Of a stretch of 53,280 nucleotides of DNA, positions 20,649-31,387 are shown piece after piece. Position 1 is the first letter of the stretch. Every line of letters starts with the position of its first letter. The notes beneath the pieces were generated by a model, which saw nothing but the letters and a program-made list of their open reading frames with translations, ran no database searches and was not told the origin of the DNA. Both the position numbers and the translations under genes were made by a program. The DNA comes from Escherichia coli (lineage in GTDB: Bacteria; Pseudomonadota; Gammaproteobacteria; Enterobacterales; Enterobacteriaceae), in assembly GCF_003334815.1 (NCBI RefSeq), contig NZ_QOWO01000028.1; one strand, given 5' to 3'.

Positions 20649-22328
20649 TTACTGCGGGTAAGGCACCCAGTCGCCGCCGTTCAGGCGAACGTACGGTTTA
20701 TCCTGGTATTGAATAACTACTGCATTTGAGTTCTCGGAGACCGGTGCTGTTTGTGGCAACCCACTGGTGAGTTTTTTCCAGTCAACATTGTCTTCGGTGA
20801 AAATCTTGCCATCGAGAACGCGAACCACCAGATCGGAGATAGCCAGGAAGCTGCTCGGTTGTTCGATGACAATCGGTGCCCCCTGATGCGGTGCCTTCAT
20901 GCCGAAGAATTTCACCCCAACGGGGACGTCGGTGATAGACGGGCTAGGGATATCACGTAGGCCAGATACCTGCATTCTGTCGCCCTTCAGCGCGCCGCCG
21001 TGTTCCGGCACCACGACCACCATCACTTTACGACCCGATTTCTCAAGTTCAGTAAAGAAGGCGTCCAGTTCATCAAAGAATTTCTGCGCCCGCGCTTTGT
21101 AATCCGCTGTTTTGCTGACCCCCGGATAATGGTTGCCGTCATGCAGTGGAAGCGTGTTGTAGAACGTGGCACTACGGCTGTTTTTATCTTTTTCGGTAAC
21201 GTCCAGCCAGCGGTTAAGCACAGCGGTATCGTCATAAACCGGCGAACCATCAAAGCCCAGCAAAATAACCGGCAGATTTGTTTGATCCATCAATTCGCTC
21301 TGCATGCCGCCATTTTCGCGAACTTCTTTCAAAAAACCGCCGAACTGGCCGTTATGTCCCATCATCAGGTGCTGGGTAAAGCCCAGTTTCGAAAGGTTAT
21401 CAAACAGATAGCAGTCGTTATTTGCCGGTTGATACAGATTAGTGTGCGAAGTCTGCCCGCAGCTGGCGCGCAGTAAACGGATCGCCGCCGGGCCACTGTA
21501 GGAGGTGGCGGAGTTAAAGTTCTTGAACTCAATATCGAAATGCGACCACAGTGGATGCGACATCAACCCGGCGGCTTCTATATCCGACCAGGAAAGCGAA
21601 CAGATGTTAATCACCAGTAGTTCAAATGGCTGAGCATCAGCGGGCAGCGAAGACGGGAAGGTCGATTTACGTTTCGCCTCCGCGTTATAGAAATTATTCA
21701 GCCAGGCGTTAAGGTTCGCCGTTGTTGGCGGTGCAGTTTGTGCGGGCATATCACCCACTACCGGTGCGCCACCCGTCGCCGCAACGGTTGCCGCTGCGTT
21801 ACCACCCGTCGTTGTTACAGTGGTCGTCGGTTGTCCGGCTGGCCACAAGGAGAAACTTGGTCCCGCCAGGGTAAGTACGTTCAGCCATAGCAGTATGGCA
21901 ACCACAAAAACGGTAATGCGAATCCATTGTGACAGGAATAACCAGGCCACTAATAAAACAAAAATGGCCCCAATCATCTGCCAGTTAATAAAGCGTGTGA
22001 CAAGGTCGATTAAATAATCGGTACTGAACCCCGCCACCTGCGAACCCTGGCTCATTATGCTTTCCGGGCCAGGCAACCAGGTGTCATGCCAGAACAAAGC
22101 AAAGCCGATCGGCAGGGCAATCCAGTGGCGCAAGCGATGCAGGCTGTAGCGCGGAAGGGGCATCAGCAGAAACGCGGCAAACACCAAATTGAGGAGCGGA
22201 TGGAAGTTAAGATATCCCGCCCACAACAGGCCGAACTTAACCAGAAAATAGAAGTTCCAGCCGGAAAGGCCGCGCCAGTATTGCCAGAGGGAAGAAGGCA
22301 TGGCGGTATTTTGCGTAAATTGAGTCAT
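20649..22328 (-). CDS. bcsG: Cellulose phosphoethanolamine transferase BcsG (559 aa)
   Basis: N-terminal TM region, Thr/Ala/Gly-rich linker, C-terminal alkaline-phosphatase-like domain; last gene of bcsEFG. Confidence 0.92.
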
Positions 22329-22516
22329 TTTTTGGTTGCCCTGGCTTTTTCCGTGCGGCGTAACGTCCCGGCCGGTTTAACATAACGAGGTTTAGCAAAG
22401 AACAAACGTAAGGTGTCGCGAATGCGTCGCAAAGAGTGCCGCGCCAGATAGCCCAGCGGGAAAAATATCAGTGCGCAAACGACAATAATTTCAATGATAT
22501 CGCTGATGGTCATCAT
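22325..22516 (-). CDS. bcsF: Small membrane protein BcsF (63 aa)
   Basis: Single-TM 63-aa peptide with 4-bp overlaps to both bcsE and bcsG. Confidence 0.85.
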
Positions 22517-24084
22517 GATGAGCGCTCCACAGCATCATCTAACAGTCGCATGGGTTCTGGTATTCGTCGCCAGTGGCGACCATCGTGCTCGGCATTGATG
22601 ACCGGTTTAGAACTTTGCGTTAAAGGCAGCGGCATGCCCCATTGTTCTGGGGCAAGCAAGCGCATCTGCACCAGCTCGGCACTGATTTGATCATCTTCAA
22701 ACCAGACCATACGGTTTGAGAAAATGTCGCCAGTAGGCAATGGGAAAATATGATTCAACGCGGTATCCAGATCGTTAATCCGACAGAATGAGAGAAACAG
22801 CACCAGCCGATTACCGCCAATGGTCATGATATCGCCGGTACGGTTAGGGCGACACAGCGTCAGGGCTTGTTCAACGCGGATACCCGGTACCGGACGTAGG
22901 GCAACCAGAACGCCTTTACCGTGGGCAGGTAATAGAGGGTTATTCATCATGTTGTTGACGGCATTACAGAACACATCCCACTTCTGGAAACCACGCAGTT
23001 TGAGCGGCTGGGTCATTGACAGCAAGGTAGTGATATCTTCCGGCACATAGCGACTAAACTTCTGCCCTTGCACGCTTTCGATCATCGTCAGACAACGGGA
23101 GAGTGGCGCATTCCACGGAATAACCATATTTGCACCGCAGGCCAATAACAAACGTTCATCGGTGGCGCGCAGGCTAGCGGTATTTTCCCGCACGAGGATT
23201 TTCATCGCACTACCGCGCTGGCGACGCAGGGTATGAATGCTGCGGGCCAGTGGCTCGATTTGCGCATTTTGCTGTAAAGAAAAGACCACCGTCGCCGCCT
23301 GAGCGGTACGGGCTTCATTGAACAGGACTTCGTTATTGTTGAACAGTTGCCAGTGTTCCGATAGCGGCGGCGCACCTTCCAGTACAGCAACATTACTCAG
23401 AATGCGTTTTTCGTCGCTGCGTGGTTGGATCTCCGCCTCTTCGCTTTGAACTAATGTCCAGATACCATTTTGTTGCTGAACGCTAAGCTGCTGACGGGCG
23501 CTGACCCCTTTTTCGTTGCACCAGAAGGCAATATCCAGCAAATGTTGGTCACCCTGAAAACGCAAACTGGCAAGACCAAAAAGTGAACGGTATTCCTCAA
23601 GCAACAATGAAAATTGTTTATCGTTATTATTTCCGGGATTAATTACCAAAAGCGAACAATGGTTTAACCTGCTCCATTTATTCATTTTATCCAACCATGA
23701 GCGAAGCCGCTCGGCAGGAATGTTTTGCCATGCGTTATTTGCGCAAACAAGAATAAAAAGGTAATTATGGGGATCAATAGAACACTGCAAATCACGGGTC
23801 AAATAGTATAGACCTTTTTCATGATTTAGCATTGAAAATAATTTTATTTTTTCCGGCCCTTGAGAATCATCTAATTGAAAGATTTTCGCCGGATCGCTGT
23901 CCATGCTAATGACCGCGACGTGTGCGGTTTCAGCCTGGGATGCAATTGTTTGATTCGCCAGACTGATAGCATCTTCATGGCGATCGACGTTAAACCACCA
24001 GACGCCGCCTGCTGGCATATGTCGCAGCTCATCCCATAATGATGAGATACCGATAGAGAATACAGGGTCCACAATGTCCCTCAT
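22513..24084 (-). CDS. bcsE: Cellulose biosynthesis protein BcsE (c-di-GMP-binding GIL-domain protein, 523 aa)
   Basis: 523-aa ORF divergent from bcsR; matches recalled BcsE. Confidence 0.92.
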
Positions 24085-24356
24085 GTCACCATTTTGTCTG
24101 ATTATCAGTTTACTAGCGAAAGCTAAGAAATAAACCTACCATTGAAATTAAAACTTATCAGATTTAGCATGTGAATCAATTTAGAAGGTCACAAGACGTG
24201 TGATTTTAGTCTTTTCGTTTTTAACTTTTTCTGTTGCGTAACGGAAAGTCAAAAAGTGAGCAAATTCCCGTCTCGCCGTAAACAATAAACCGGCGAAATG
24301 CTCACGGTTAGAATTGTCTCATGAACGGTACGGTTATTTCATAGGGATCAAGCAAA

Positions 24357-24545
24357 ATGAATAACAATGAACCAGATACTCTGCCTGATCCCGCGATAGG
24401 CTATATCTTCCAGAATGATATTGTGGCGTTAAAGCAGGCATTTTCACTGCCTGATATTGATTATGCCGATATTTCCCAACGCGAACAGTTGGCCGCGGCA
24501 TTAAAACGCTGGCCGTTGCTGGCAGAGTTTGCGCAACAAAAGTAG
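24357..24545 (+). CDS. bcsR: Small cellulose synthesis regulator BcsR (YhjR, 62 aa)
   Basis: 62-aa ORF immediately upstream of bcsQ; TAG stop. Confidence 0.85.
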   Translation: MNNNEPDTLPDPAIGYIFQNDIVALKQAFSLPDIDYADISQREQLAAALKRWPLLAEFAQQK

Positions 24546-24556
24546 GGGATTGGTGA

Positions 24557-25309
24557 ATGGCCGTACTGGGATTGCAGGGGGTGCGGGGAGGCGTGGGGAC
24601 AACAACCATCACCGCCGCATTAGCCTGGTCATTACAAATGTTGGGAGAAAATGTCCTGGTGGTCGATGCCTGCCCGGACAACTTGTTGCGCCTGTCATTT
24701 AATGTTGATTTTACCCACCGTCAGGGCTGGGCCAGAGCGATGCTGGATGGCCAGGACTGGCGTGACGCTGGGTTGCGCTACACCTCGCAGCTCGATTTGC
24801 TGCCTTTTGGTCAGTTATCCATTGAAGAACAAGAAAATCCACAGCACTGGCAAACCCGGCTGAGCGATATTTGCTCCGGCTTACAGCAACTAAAAGCCAG
24901 CGGGCGTTACCAGTGGATTTTAATCGACTTACCGCGTGATGCCTCGCAGATAACCCACCAGCTGCTGAGTTTGTGCGATCACTCGCTGGCAATCGTCAAT
25001 GTGGATGCCAACTGCCATATCCGACTGCATCAGCAAGCGCTGCCGGATGGCGCACATATTTTGATTAATGACTTCCGTATTGGCAGTCAGGTTCAGGACG
25101 ATATTTACCAGCTTTGGTTGCAAAGCCAGCGCCGATTACTGCCGATGCTCATTCATCGTGATGAAGCGATGGCTGAATGCCTGGCGGCTAAGCAACCAGT
25201 AGGTGAATATCGCAGTGATGCGCTGGCGGCTGAAGAGATACTGACGCTGGCGAACTGGTGCCTGTTGAACTACTCCGGGCTGAAAACGCCAGTCGGGAGT
25301 GCATCATGA
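24557..25309 (+). CDS. bcsQ: ParA/MinD-like ATPase BcsQ (250 aa), uninterrupted
   Basis: Deviant Walker A GVRGGVGTTTI; codon 6 is TTG (Leu), so the reading frame is intact; 4-bp overlap with bcsA. Confidence 0.93.
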   Translation: MAVLGLQGVRGGVGTTTITAALAWSLQMLGENVLVVDACPDNLLRLSFNVDFTHRQGWARAMLDGQDWRDAGLRYTSQLDLLPFGQLSIEEQENPQHWQTRLSDICSGLQQLKASGRYQWILIDLPRDASQITHQLLSLCDHSLAIVNVDANCHIRLHQQALPDGAHILINDFRIGSQVQDDIYQLWLQSQRRLLPMLIHRDEAMAECLAAKQPVGEYRSDALAAEEILTLANWCLLNYSGLKTPVGSAS

Positions 25310-27924
25310 GTATCCTGACCCGGTGGTTGCTTATCCCGCCGGTCAACGCGCGGCTTATCGGGCGTTATCGCGATTATCGTCGTCACGGTGCGTCGGCTTT
25401 CAGCGCGACGCTCGGCTGTTTCTGGATGATCCTGGCCTGGATTTTTATTCCGCTGGAGCACCCGCGCTGGCAGCGTATTCGCGCAGAACATAAAAACCTG
25501 TATCCGCATATCAACGCCTCGCGTCCGCGTCCGCTGGACCCGGTCCGTTATCTCATTCAAACATGCTGGTTATTGATCGGTGCATCGCGCAAAGAAACGC
25601 CGAAACCGCGCAGGCGGGCATTTTCAGGTCTGCAAAATATTCGTGGACGTTACCATCAATGGATGAACGAGCTGCCTGAGCGCGTTAGCCATAAAACACA
25701 GCATCTGGATGAGAAAAAAGAGCTCGGTCATTTGAGTGCCGGGGCGCGGCGGTTGATCCTCGGTATCATCGTCACCTTCTCGCTGATTCTGGCGTTAATC
25801 TGCGTTACTCAGCCGTTTAACCCGCTGGCGCAGTTTATCTTCCTGATGCTGCTGTGGGGGGTAGCGCTGATCGTACGGCGGATGCCGGGGCGCTTCTCGG
25901 CGCTAATGTTGATTGTGCTGTCGCTGACCGTTTCTTGCCGTTATATCTGGTGGCGTTACACCTCTACGCTGAACTGGGACGATCCGGTCAGCCTGGTGTG
26001 CGGGCTTATTCTGCTCTTCGCTGAAACGTACGCGTGGATTGTGCTGGTGCTCGGCTACTTCCAGGTAGTATGGCCGCTGAATCGTCAGCCGGTGCCATTG
26101 CCGAAAGATATGTCGCTGTGGCCGTCGGTGGATATCTTTGTCCCGACTTACAACGAAGATCTCAACGTGGTGAAAAATACCATTTACGCCTCGCTGGGTA
26201 TCGACTGGCCGAAAGATAAGCTGAATATCTGGATCCTTGATGACGGCGGCAGGGAAGAGTTTCGCCAGTTTGCGCAAAACGTGGGGGTGAAATATATCGC
26301 CCGCACCACTCATGAACATGCGAAAGCAGGCAACATCAACAATGCGCTGAAATATGCCAAAGGCGAGTTCGTGTCGATTTTCGACTGCGACCACGTACCA
26401 ACGCGATCGTTCTTGCAAATGACCATGGGCTGGTTCCTGAAAGAAAAACAGCTGGCGATGATGCAGACGCCGCACCACTTCTTCTCACCGGACCCGTTTG
26501 AACGCAACCTGGGGCGTTTCCGTAAAACGCCGAACGAAGGCACGCTGTTCTATGGTCTGGTGCAGGATGGCAACGATATGTGGGACGCCACTTTCTTCTG
26601 CGGTTCCTGTGCGGTGATTCGTCGTAAGCCGCTGGATGAAATTGGCGGCATTGCTGTCGAAACCGTGACTGAAGATGCGCATACTTCTCTGCGGTTGCAC
26701 CGTCGTGGCTATACCTCCGCGTATATGCGTATTCCGCAGGCGGCGGGGCTGGCGACCGAAAGTCTGTCGGCGCATATCGGTCAGCGTATTCGCTGGGCGC
26801 GCGGGATGGTACAAATCTTCCGTCTCGATAACCCGCTCACCGGTAAAGGGCTGAAGTTTGCTCAGCGGCTATGTTACGTCAACGCCATGTTCCACTTCTT
26901 GTCGGGCATTCCACGGCTGATCTTCCTGACTGCGCCGCTGGCGTTCCTGCTGCTTCATGCCTACATCATCTATGCGCCAGCGTTGATGATCGCCCTATTC
27001 GTGCTGCCGCATATGATCCATGCCAGCCTGACCAACTCCAAGATCCAGGGCAAATATCGCCACTCTTTCTGGAGTGAAATCTACGAAACGGTGCTGGCGT
27101 GGTATATCGCACCACCGACGCTGGTGGCGCTGATTAACCCGCACAAAGGCAAATTTAACGTCACCGCCAAAGGTGGACTGGTGGAAGAAGAGTACGTCGA
27201 CTGGGTGATCTCGCGGCCCTACATCTTCCTTGTCCTGCTCAACCTGGTGGGCGTTGCGGTAGGCATCTGGCGCTACTTCTATGGCCCGCCAACCGAGATG
27301 CTCACCGTGGTCGTCAGTATGGTGTGGGTGTTCTACAACCTGATTGTTCTTGGCGGCGCAGTTGCGGTATCGGTAGAAAGCAAACAGGTACGCCGATCGC
27401 ACCGCGTGGAGATGACGATGCCCGCGGCAATTGCCCGCGAAGATGGTCACCTCTTCTCGTGTACCGTTCAGGATTTCTCCGACGGTGGTTTGGGGATCAA
27501 GATCAACGGTCAGGCGCAGATTCTGGAAGGGCAGAAAGTGAATCTGTTGCTTAAACGCGGTCAGCAGGAATACGTCTTCCCGACCCAGGTGGCGCGCGTG
27601 ATGGGTAATGAAGTTGGGCTGAAATTAATGCCGCTCACCACCCAGCAACATATCGATTTTGTGCAGTGTACGTTTGCCCGTGCGGATACATGGGCGCTCT
27701 GGCAGGACAGCTACCCGGAAGATAAGCCGCTGGAAAGTCTGCTGGATATTCTGAAGCTCGGCTTCCGTGGCTACCGCCATCTGGCGGAGTTTGCGCCTTC
27801 TTCGGTGAAGGGCATATTCCGTGTGCTGACTTCTCTGGTTTCCTGGGTTGTATCGTTTATTCCGCGCCGCCCGGAGCGGAGCGAAACGGCACAACCATCG
27901 GATCAGGCTTTGGCTCAACAATGA
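25306..27924 (+). CDS. bcsA: Cellulose synthase catalytic subunit BcsA (872 aa)
   Basis: GT-2 motifs including QRIRWARG (QxxRW) and a C-terminal PilZ domain; start trimmed to MSILTRWLL. Confidence 0.97.
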   Translation: MSILTRWLLIPPVNARLIGRYRDYRRHGASAFSATLGCFWMILAWIFIPLEHPRWQRIRAEHKNLYPHINASRPRPLDPVRYLIQTCWLLIGASRKETPKPRRRAFSGLQNIRGRYHQWMNELPERVSHKTQHLDEKKELGHLSAGARRLILGIIVTFSLILALICVTQPFNPLAQFIFLMLLWGVALIVRRMPGRFSALMLIVLSLTVSCRYIWWRYTSTLNWDDPVSLVCGLILLFAETYAWIVLVLGYFQVVWPLNRQPVPLPKDMSLWPSVDIFVPTYNEDLNVVKNTIYASLGIDWPKDKLNIWILDDGGREEFRQFAQNVGVKYIARTTHEHAKAGNINNALKYAKGEFVSIFDCDHVPTRSFLQMTMGWFLKEKQLAMMQTPHHFFSPDPFERNLGRFRKTPNEGTLFYGLVQDGNDMWDATFFCGSCAVIRRKPLDEIGGIAVETVTEDAHTSLRLHRRGYTSAYMRIPQAAGLATESLSAHIGQRIRWARGMVQIFRLDNPLTGKGLKFAQRLCYVNAMFHFLSGIPRLIFLTAPLAFLLLHAYIIYAPALMIALFVLPHMIHASLTNSKIQGKYRHSFWSEIYETVLAWYIAPPTLVALINPHKGKFNVTAKGGLVEEEYVDWVISRPYIFLVLLNLVGVAVGIWRYFYGPPTEMLTVVVSMVWVFYNLIVLGGAVAVSVESKQVRRSHRVEMTMPAAIAREDGHLFSCTVQDFSDGGLGIKINGQAQILEGQKVNLLLKRGQQEYVFPTQVARVMGNEVGLKLMPLTTQQHIDFVQCTFARADTWALWQDSYPEDKPLESLLDILKLGFRGYRHLAEFAPSSVKGIFRVLTSLVSWVVSFIPRRPERSETAQPSDQALAQQ

Positions 27925-27934
27925 TGATAACGCG

Positions 27935-30274
27935 ATGAAAAGAAAACTATTCTGGATTTGTGCAGTGGCTATGGGGATGAGTGCGTTCCCCTCTTTCATG
28001 ACGCAGGCGACGCCAGCAACGCAACCACTGATCAATGCTGAGCCAGCTGTAGCCGCCCAGACGGAACAAAATCCGCAGGTGGGGCAAGTGATGCCGGGCG
28101 TGCAGGGCGCTGATGCGCCAGTCGTGGCGCAGAACGGTCCTTCGCGTGATGTGAAGCTGACCTTTGCGCAAATTGCACCGCCGCCGGGCAGCATGGTGCT
28201 ACGTGGCATTAACCCGAACGGCAGCATTGAGTTTGGTATGCGCAGCGATGAAGTGGTGACGAAGGCGATGCTCAACCTCGAATACACCCCATCGCCATCG
28301 TTACTGCCTGTCCAGTCGCAGTTAAAGGTTTATCTCAATGATGAACTGATGGGCGTGCTGCCAGTGACCAAAGAACAGTTGGGTAAAAAAACGCTGGCGC
28401 AAATGCCCATTAACCCACTGTTTATTACCGACTTCAACCGTGTACGGCTGGAGTTTGTCGGCCATTATCAGGACGTGTGCGAAAACCCGGCCAGCACCAC
28501 GCTTTGGCTGGATGTTGGGCGGAGCAGTGGACTGGATCTGACCTATCAGACCCTGAATGTGAAGAATGACCTGTCACACTTCCCGGTGCCATTCTTTGAC
28601 CCGCGCGATAACCGCACCAACACCTTGCCGATGGTCTTTGCGGGTGCGCCGGATGTTGGGCTGCAACAAGCCTCTGCCATTGTCGCCTCGTGGTTTGGTT
28701 CGCGTTCTGGCTGGCGTGGGCAGAACTTCCCGGTACTCTATAACCAACTGCCGGATCGCAATGCCATTGTCTTTGCAACCAACGACAAACGGCCGGACTT
28801 CCTGCGCGATCATCCGGCGGTAAAAGCCCCGGTGATTGAGATGATTAACCATCCGCAGAATCCTTACGTCAAACTGCTGGTGGTGTTTGGTCGTGACGAC
28901 AAAGACCTGTTGCAGGCAGCGAAAGGTATCGCTCAGGGTAACATTCTGTTCCGTGGTGAAAGCGTGGTAGTGAATGAAGTGAAACCGCTGCTACCGCGTA
29001 AGCCGTACGATGCGCCGAACTGGGTACGTACCGATCGTCCGGTTACATTTGGCGAACTGAAAACCTATGAAGAACAGTTACAATCCAGCGGTCTTGAGCC
29101 AGCAGCGATTAACGTTTCGCTAAACCTGCCGCCGGATCTCTACCTGATGCGCAGTACCGGCATTGATATGGATATTAATTACCGCTACACCATGCCGCCG
29201 GTGAAAGACAGTTCGCGGATGGATATCAGCCTGAATAACCAGTTCCTGCAATCCTTCAACCTGAGCAGCAAACAGGAGGCGAACCGCCTGCTGCTGCGGA
29301 TTCCGGTATTACAAGGTTTGCTGGATGGCAAAACAGATGTCTCTATTCCGGCGCTGAAACTGGGCGCGACCAACCAGCTGCGCTTCGACTTTGAGTATAT
29401 GAACCCGATGCCGGGCGGTTCGGTGGATAACTGTATTACCTTCCAGCCGGTGCAGAATCATGTGGTGATTGGTGACGACTCCACCATCGACTTCTCGAAG
29501 TATTACCACTTCATCCCGATGCCGGATCTACGCGCCTTTGCTAACGCGGGCTTCCCATTCAGCCGGATGGCGGATCTGTCGCAAACCATCACCGTGATGC
29601 CGAAAGCGCCTAACGAAGCACAGATGGAAACGTTGCTGAATACTGTTGGTTTTATCGGCGCACAGACGGGCTTCCCGGCGATTAATCTGACGGTGACCGA
29701 TGATGGCAGCACCATTCAGGGCAAAGATGCCGACATCATGATCATCGGTGGTATCCCGGACAAACTGAAAGACGATAAGCAGATCGACCTATTGGTGCAG
29801 GCGACCGAAAGCTGGGTGAAAACACCGATGCGCCAGACCCCGTTCCCCGGCATTGTGCCGGACGAGAGCGATCGCGCGGCAGAAACCCGGTCAACGCTGA
29901 CCTCTTCCGGTGCGATGGCGGCGGTGATTGGCTTCCAGTCGCCGTATAACGACCAGCGCAGCGTGATTGCGCTGTTGGCAGATAGCCCACGCGGTTATGA
30001 AATGCTTAACGATGCGGTGAACGATAGCGGCAAACGCGCCACCATGTTCGGTTCGGTCGCGGTGATCCGCGAGTCCGGTATCAACAGCCTACGTGTTGGC
30101 GACGTTTATTACGTAGGTCATCTGCCGTGGTTCGAGCGCGTGTGGTATGCGCTGGCAAACCATCCGATTCTGCTGGCGGTGCTGGCGGCTATCAGTGTGA
30201 TATTGCTGGCATGGGTACTGTGGCGTCTGCTGCGAATTATTAGTCGTCGTCGTCTTAACCCGGATAACGAGTAA
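27935..30274 (+). CDS. bcsB: Cellulose synthase periplasmic subunit BcsB (779 aa)
   Basis: Signal peptide MKRKLFWICAVAMGMSAF and a C-terminal TM anchor; start trimmed from the track ORF. Confidence 0.95.
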   Translation: MKRKLFWICAVAMGMSAFPSFMTQATPATQPLINAEPAVAAQTEQNPQVGQVMPGVQGADAPVVAQNGPSRDVKLTFAQIAPPPGSMVLRGINPNGSIEFGMRSDEVVTKAMLNLEYTPSPSLLPVQSQLKVYLNDELMGVLPVTKEQLGKKTLAQMPINPLFITDFNRVRLEFVGHYQDVCENPASTTLWLDVGRSSGLDLTYQTLNVKNDLSHFPVPFFDPRDNRTNTLPMVFAGAPDVGLQQASAIVASWFGSRSGWRGQNFPVLYNQLPDRNAIVFATNDKRPDFLRDHPAVKAPVIEMINHPQNPYVKLLVVFGRDDKDLLQAAKGIAQGNILFRGESVVVNEVKPLLPRKPYDAPNWVRTDRPVTFGELKTYEEQLQSSGLEPAAINVSLNLPPDLYLMRSTGIDMDINYRYTMPPVKDSSRMDISLNNQFLQSFNLSSKQEANRLLLRIPVLQGLLDGKTDVSIPALKLGATNQLRFDFEYMNPMPGGSVDNCITFQPVQNHVVIGDDSTIDFSKYYHFIPMPDLRAFANAGFPFSRMADLSQTITVMPKAPNEAQMETLLNTVGFIGAQTGFPAINLTVTDDGSTIQGKDADIMIIGGIPDKLKDDKQIDLLVQATESWVKTPMRQTPFPGIVPDESDRAAETRSTLTSSGAMAAVIGFQSPYNDQRSVIALLADSPRGYEMLNDAVNDSGKRATMFGSVAVIRESGINSLRVGDVYYVGHLPWFERVWYALANHPILLAVLAAISVILLAWVLWRLLRIISRRRLNPDNE

Positions 30275-30280
30275 TTGAAG

Positions 30281-31387
30281 ATGAATGTGTTGCGTAGTGG
30301 AATCGTGACGATGCTGCTGCTGGCTGCCTTTAGTGTTCAGGCAGCCTGTACCTGGCCTGCCTGGGAGCAGTTTAAAAAGGATTACATCAGTCAGGAAGGG
30401 CGCGTCATCGACCCCAGCGACGCGCGCAAAATCACCACCTCCGAAGGGCAAAGTTACGGCATGTTCTCTGCCCTGGCGGCTAACGACCGTGCAGCTTTCG
30501 ATAATATTCTCGACTGGACGCAGAACAATCTCGCTCAGGGTTCTTTAAAAGAACGTTTGCCCGCCTGGCTGTGGGGCAAGAAAGAGAACAGTAAGTGGGA
30601 AGTGCTGGACAGCAATTCGGCCTCCGATGGTGATGTCTGGATGGCCTGGTCGTTGCTGGAGGCGGGGCGTTTGTGGAAAGAGCAGCGTTATACCGACATC
30701 GGCAGCGCGTTGCTAAAACGTATCGCGCGGGAGGAAGTGGTGACGGTGCCTGGGCTGGGTTCCATGTTGTTACCGGGCAAAGTGGGTTTTGCTGAGGATA
30801 ACAGCTGGCGTTTTAACCCCAGCTACCTGCCGCCGACGCTGGCGCAGTATTTCACCCGCTTTGGCGCGCCGTGGACCACGCTGCGCGAAACCAATCAACG
30901 TTTATTGCTGGAAACCGCCCCGAAAGGTTTTTCGCCAGACTGGGTGCGCTATGAGAAAGACAAAGGCTGGCAGCTAAAAGCCGAAAAAACATTGATCAGC
31001 AGCTACGACGCTATCCGCGTTTACATGTGGGTAGGCATGATGCCTGACAGCGATCCGCAAAAAGCGCGGATGCTCAACCGGTTTAAACCGATGGCGACAT
31101 TCACTGAGAAAAACGGTTATCCGCCGGAAAAAGTGGATGTGGCTACGGGGAAAGCGCAGGGTAAAGGACCAGTCGGTTTTTCTGCCGCCATGCTGCCCTT
31201 TTTACAAAACCGCGATGCGCAGGCCGTTCAGCGCCAGCGCGTGGCCGATAACTTTCCCGGCAGCGATGCCTATTACAACTATGTGCTGACCCTGTTTGGA
31301 CAAGGCTGGGATCAACACCGTTTCCGCTTCTCGACAAAAGGTGAGTTATTACCTGACTGGGGCCAGGAATGCGCAAATTCACACTAA
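30281..31387 (+). CDS. bcsZ: Endo-1,4-beta-glucanase BcsZ (GH8, 368 aa)
   Basis: Signal peptide followed by a GH8-like domain; start at MNVLRSG. Confidence 0.93.
   Translation: MNVLRSGIVTMLLLAAFSVQAACTWPAWEQFKKDYISQEGRVIDPSDARKITTSEGQSYGMFSALAANDRAAFDNILDWTQNNLAQGSLKERLPAWLWGKKENSKWEVLDSNSASDGDVWMAWSLLEAGRLWKEQRYTDIGSALLKRIAREEVVTVPGLGSMLLPGKVGFAEDNSWRFNPSYLPPTLAQYFTRFGAPWTTLRETNQRLLLETAPKGFSPDWVRYEKDKGWQLKAEKTLISSYDAIRVYMWVGMMPDSDPQKARMLNRFKPMATFTEKNGYPPEKVDVATGKAQGKGPVGFSAAMLPFLQNRDAQAVQRQRVADNFPGSDAYYNYVLTLFGQGWDQHRFRFSTKGELLPDWGQECANSH

Noticed and set aside
24334-24681. 115-aa ORF antisense to bcsR and the bcsQ start
   Set aside because: Overlaps two supported genes on the opposite strand; no independent support.
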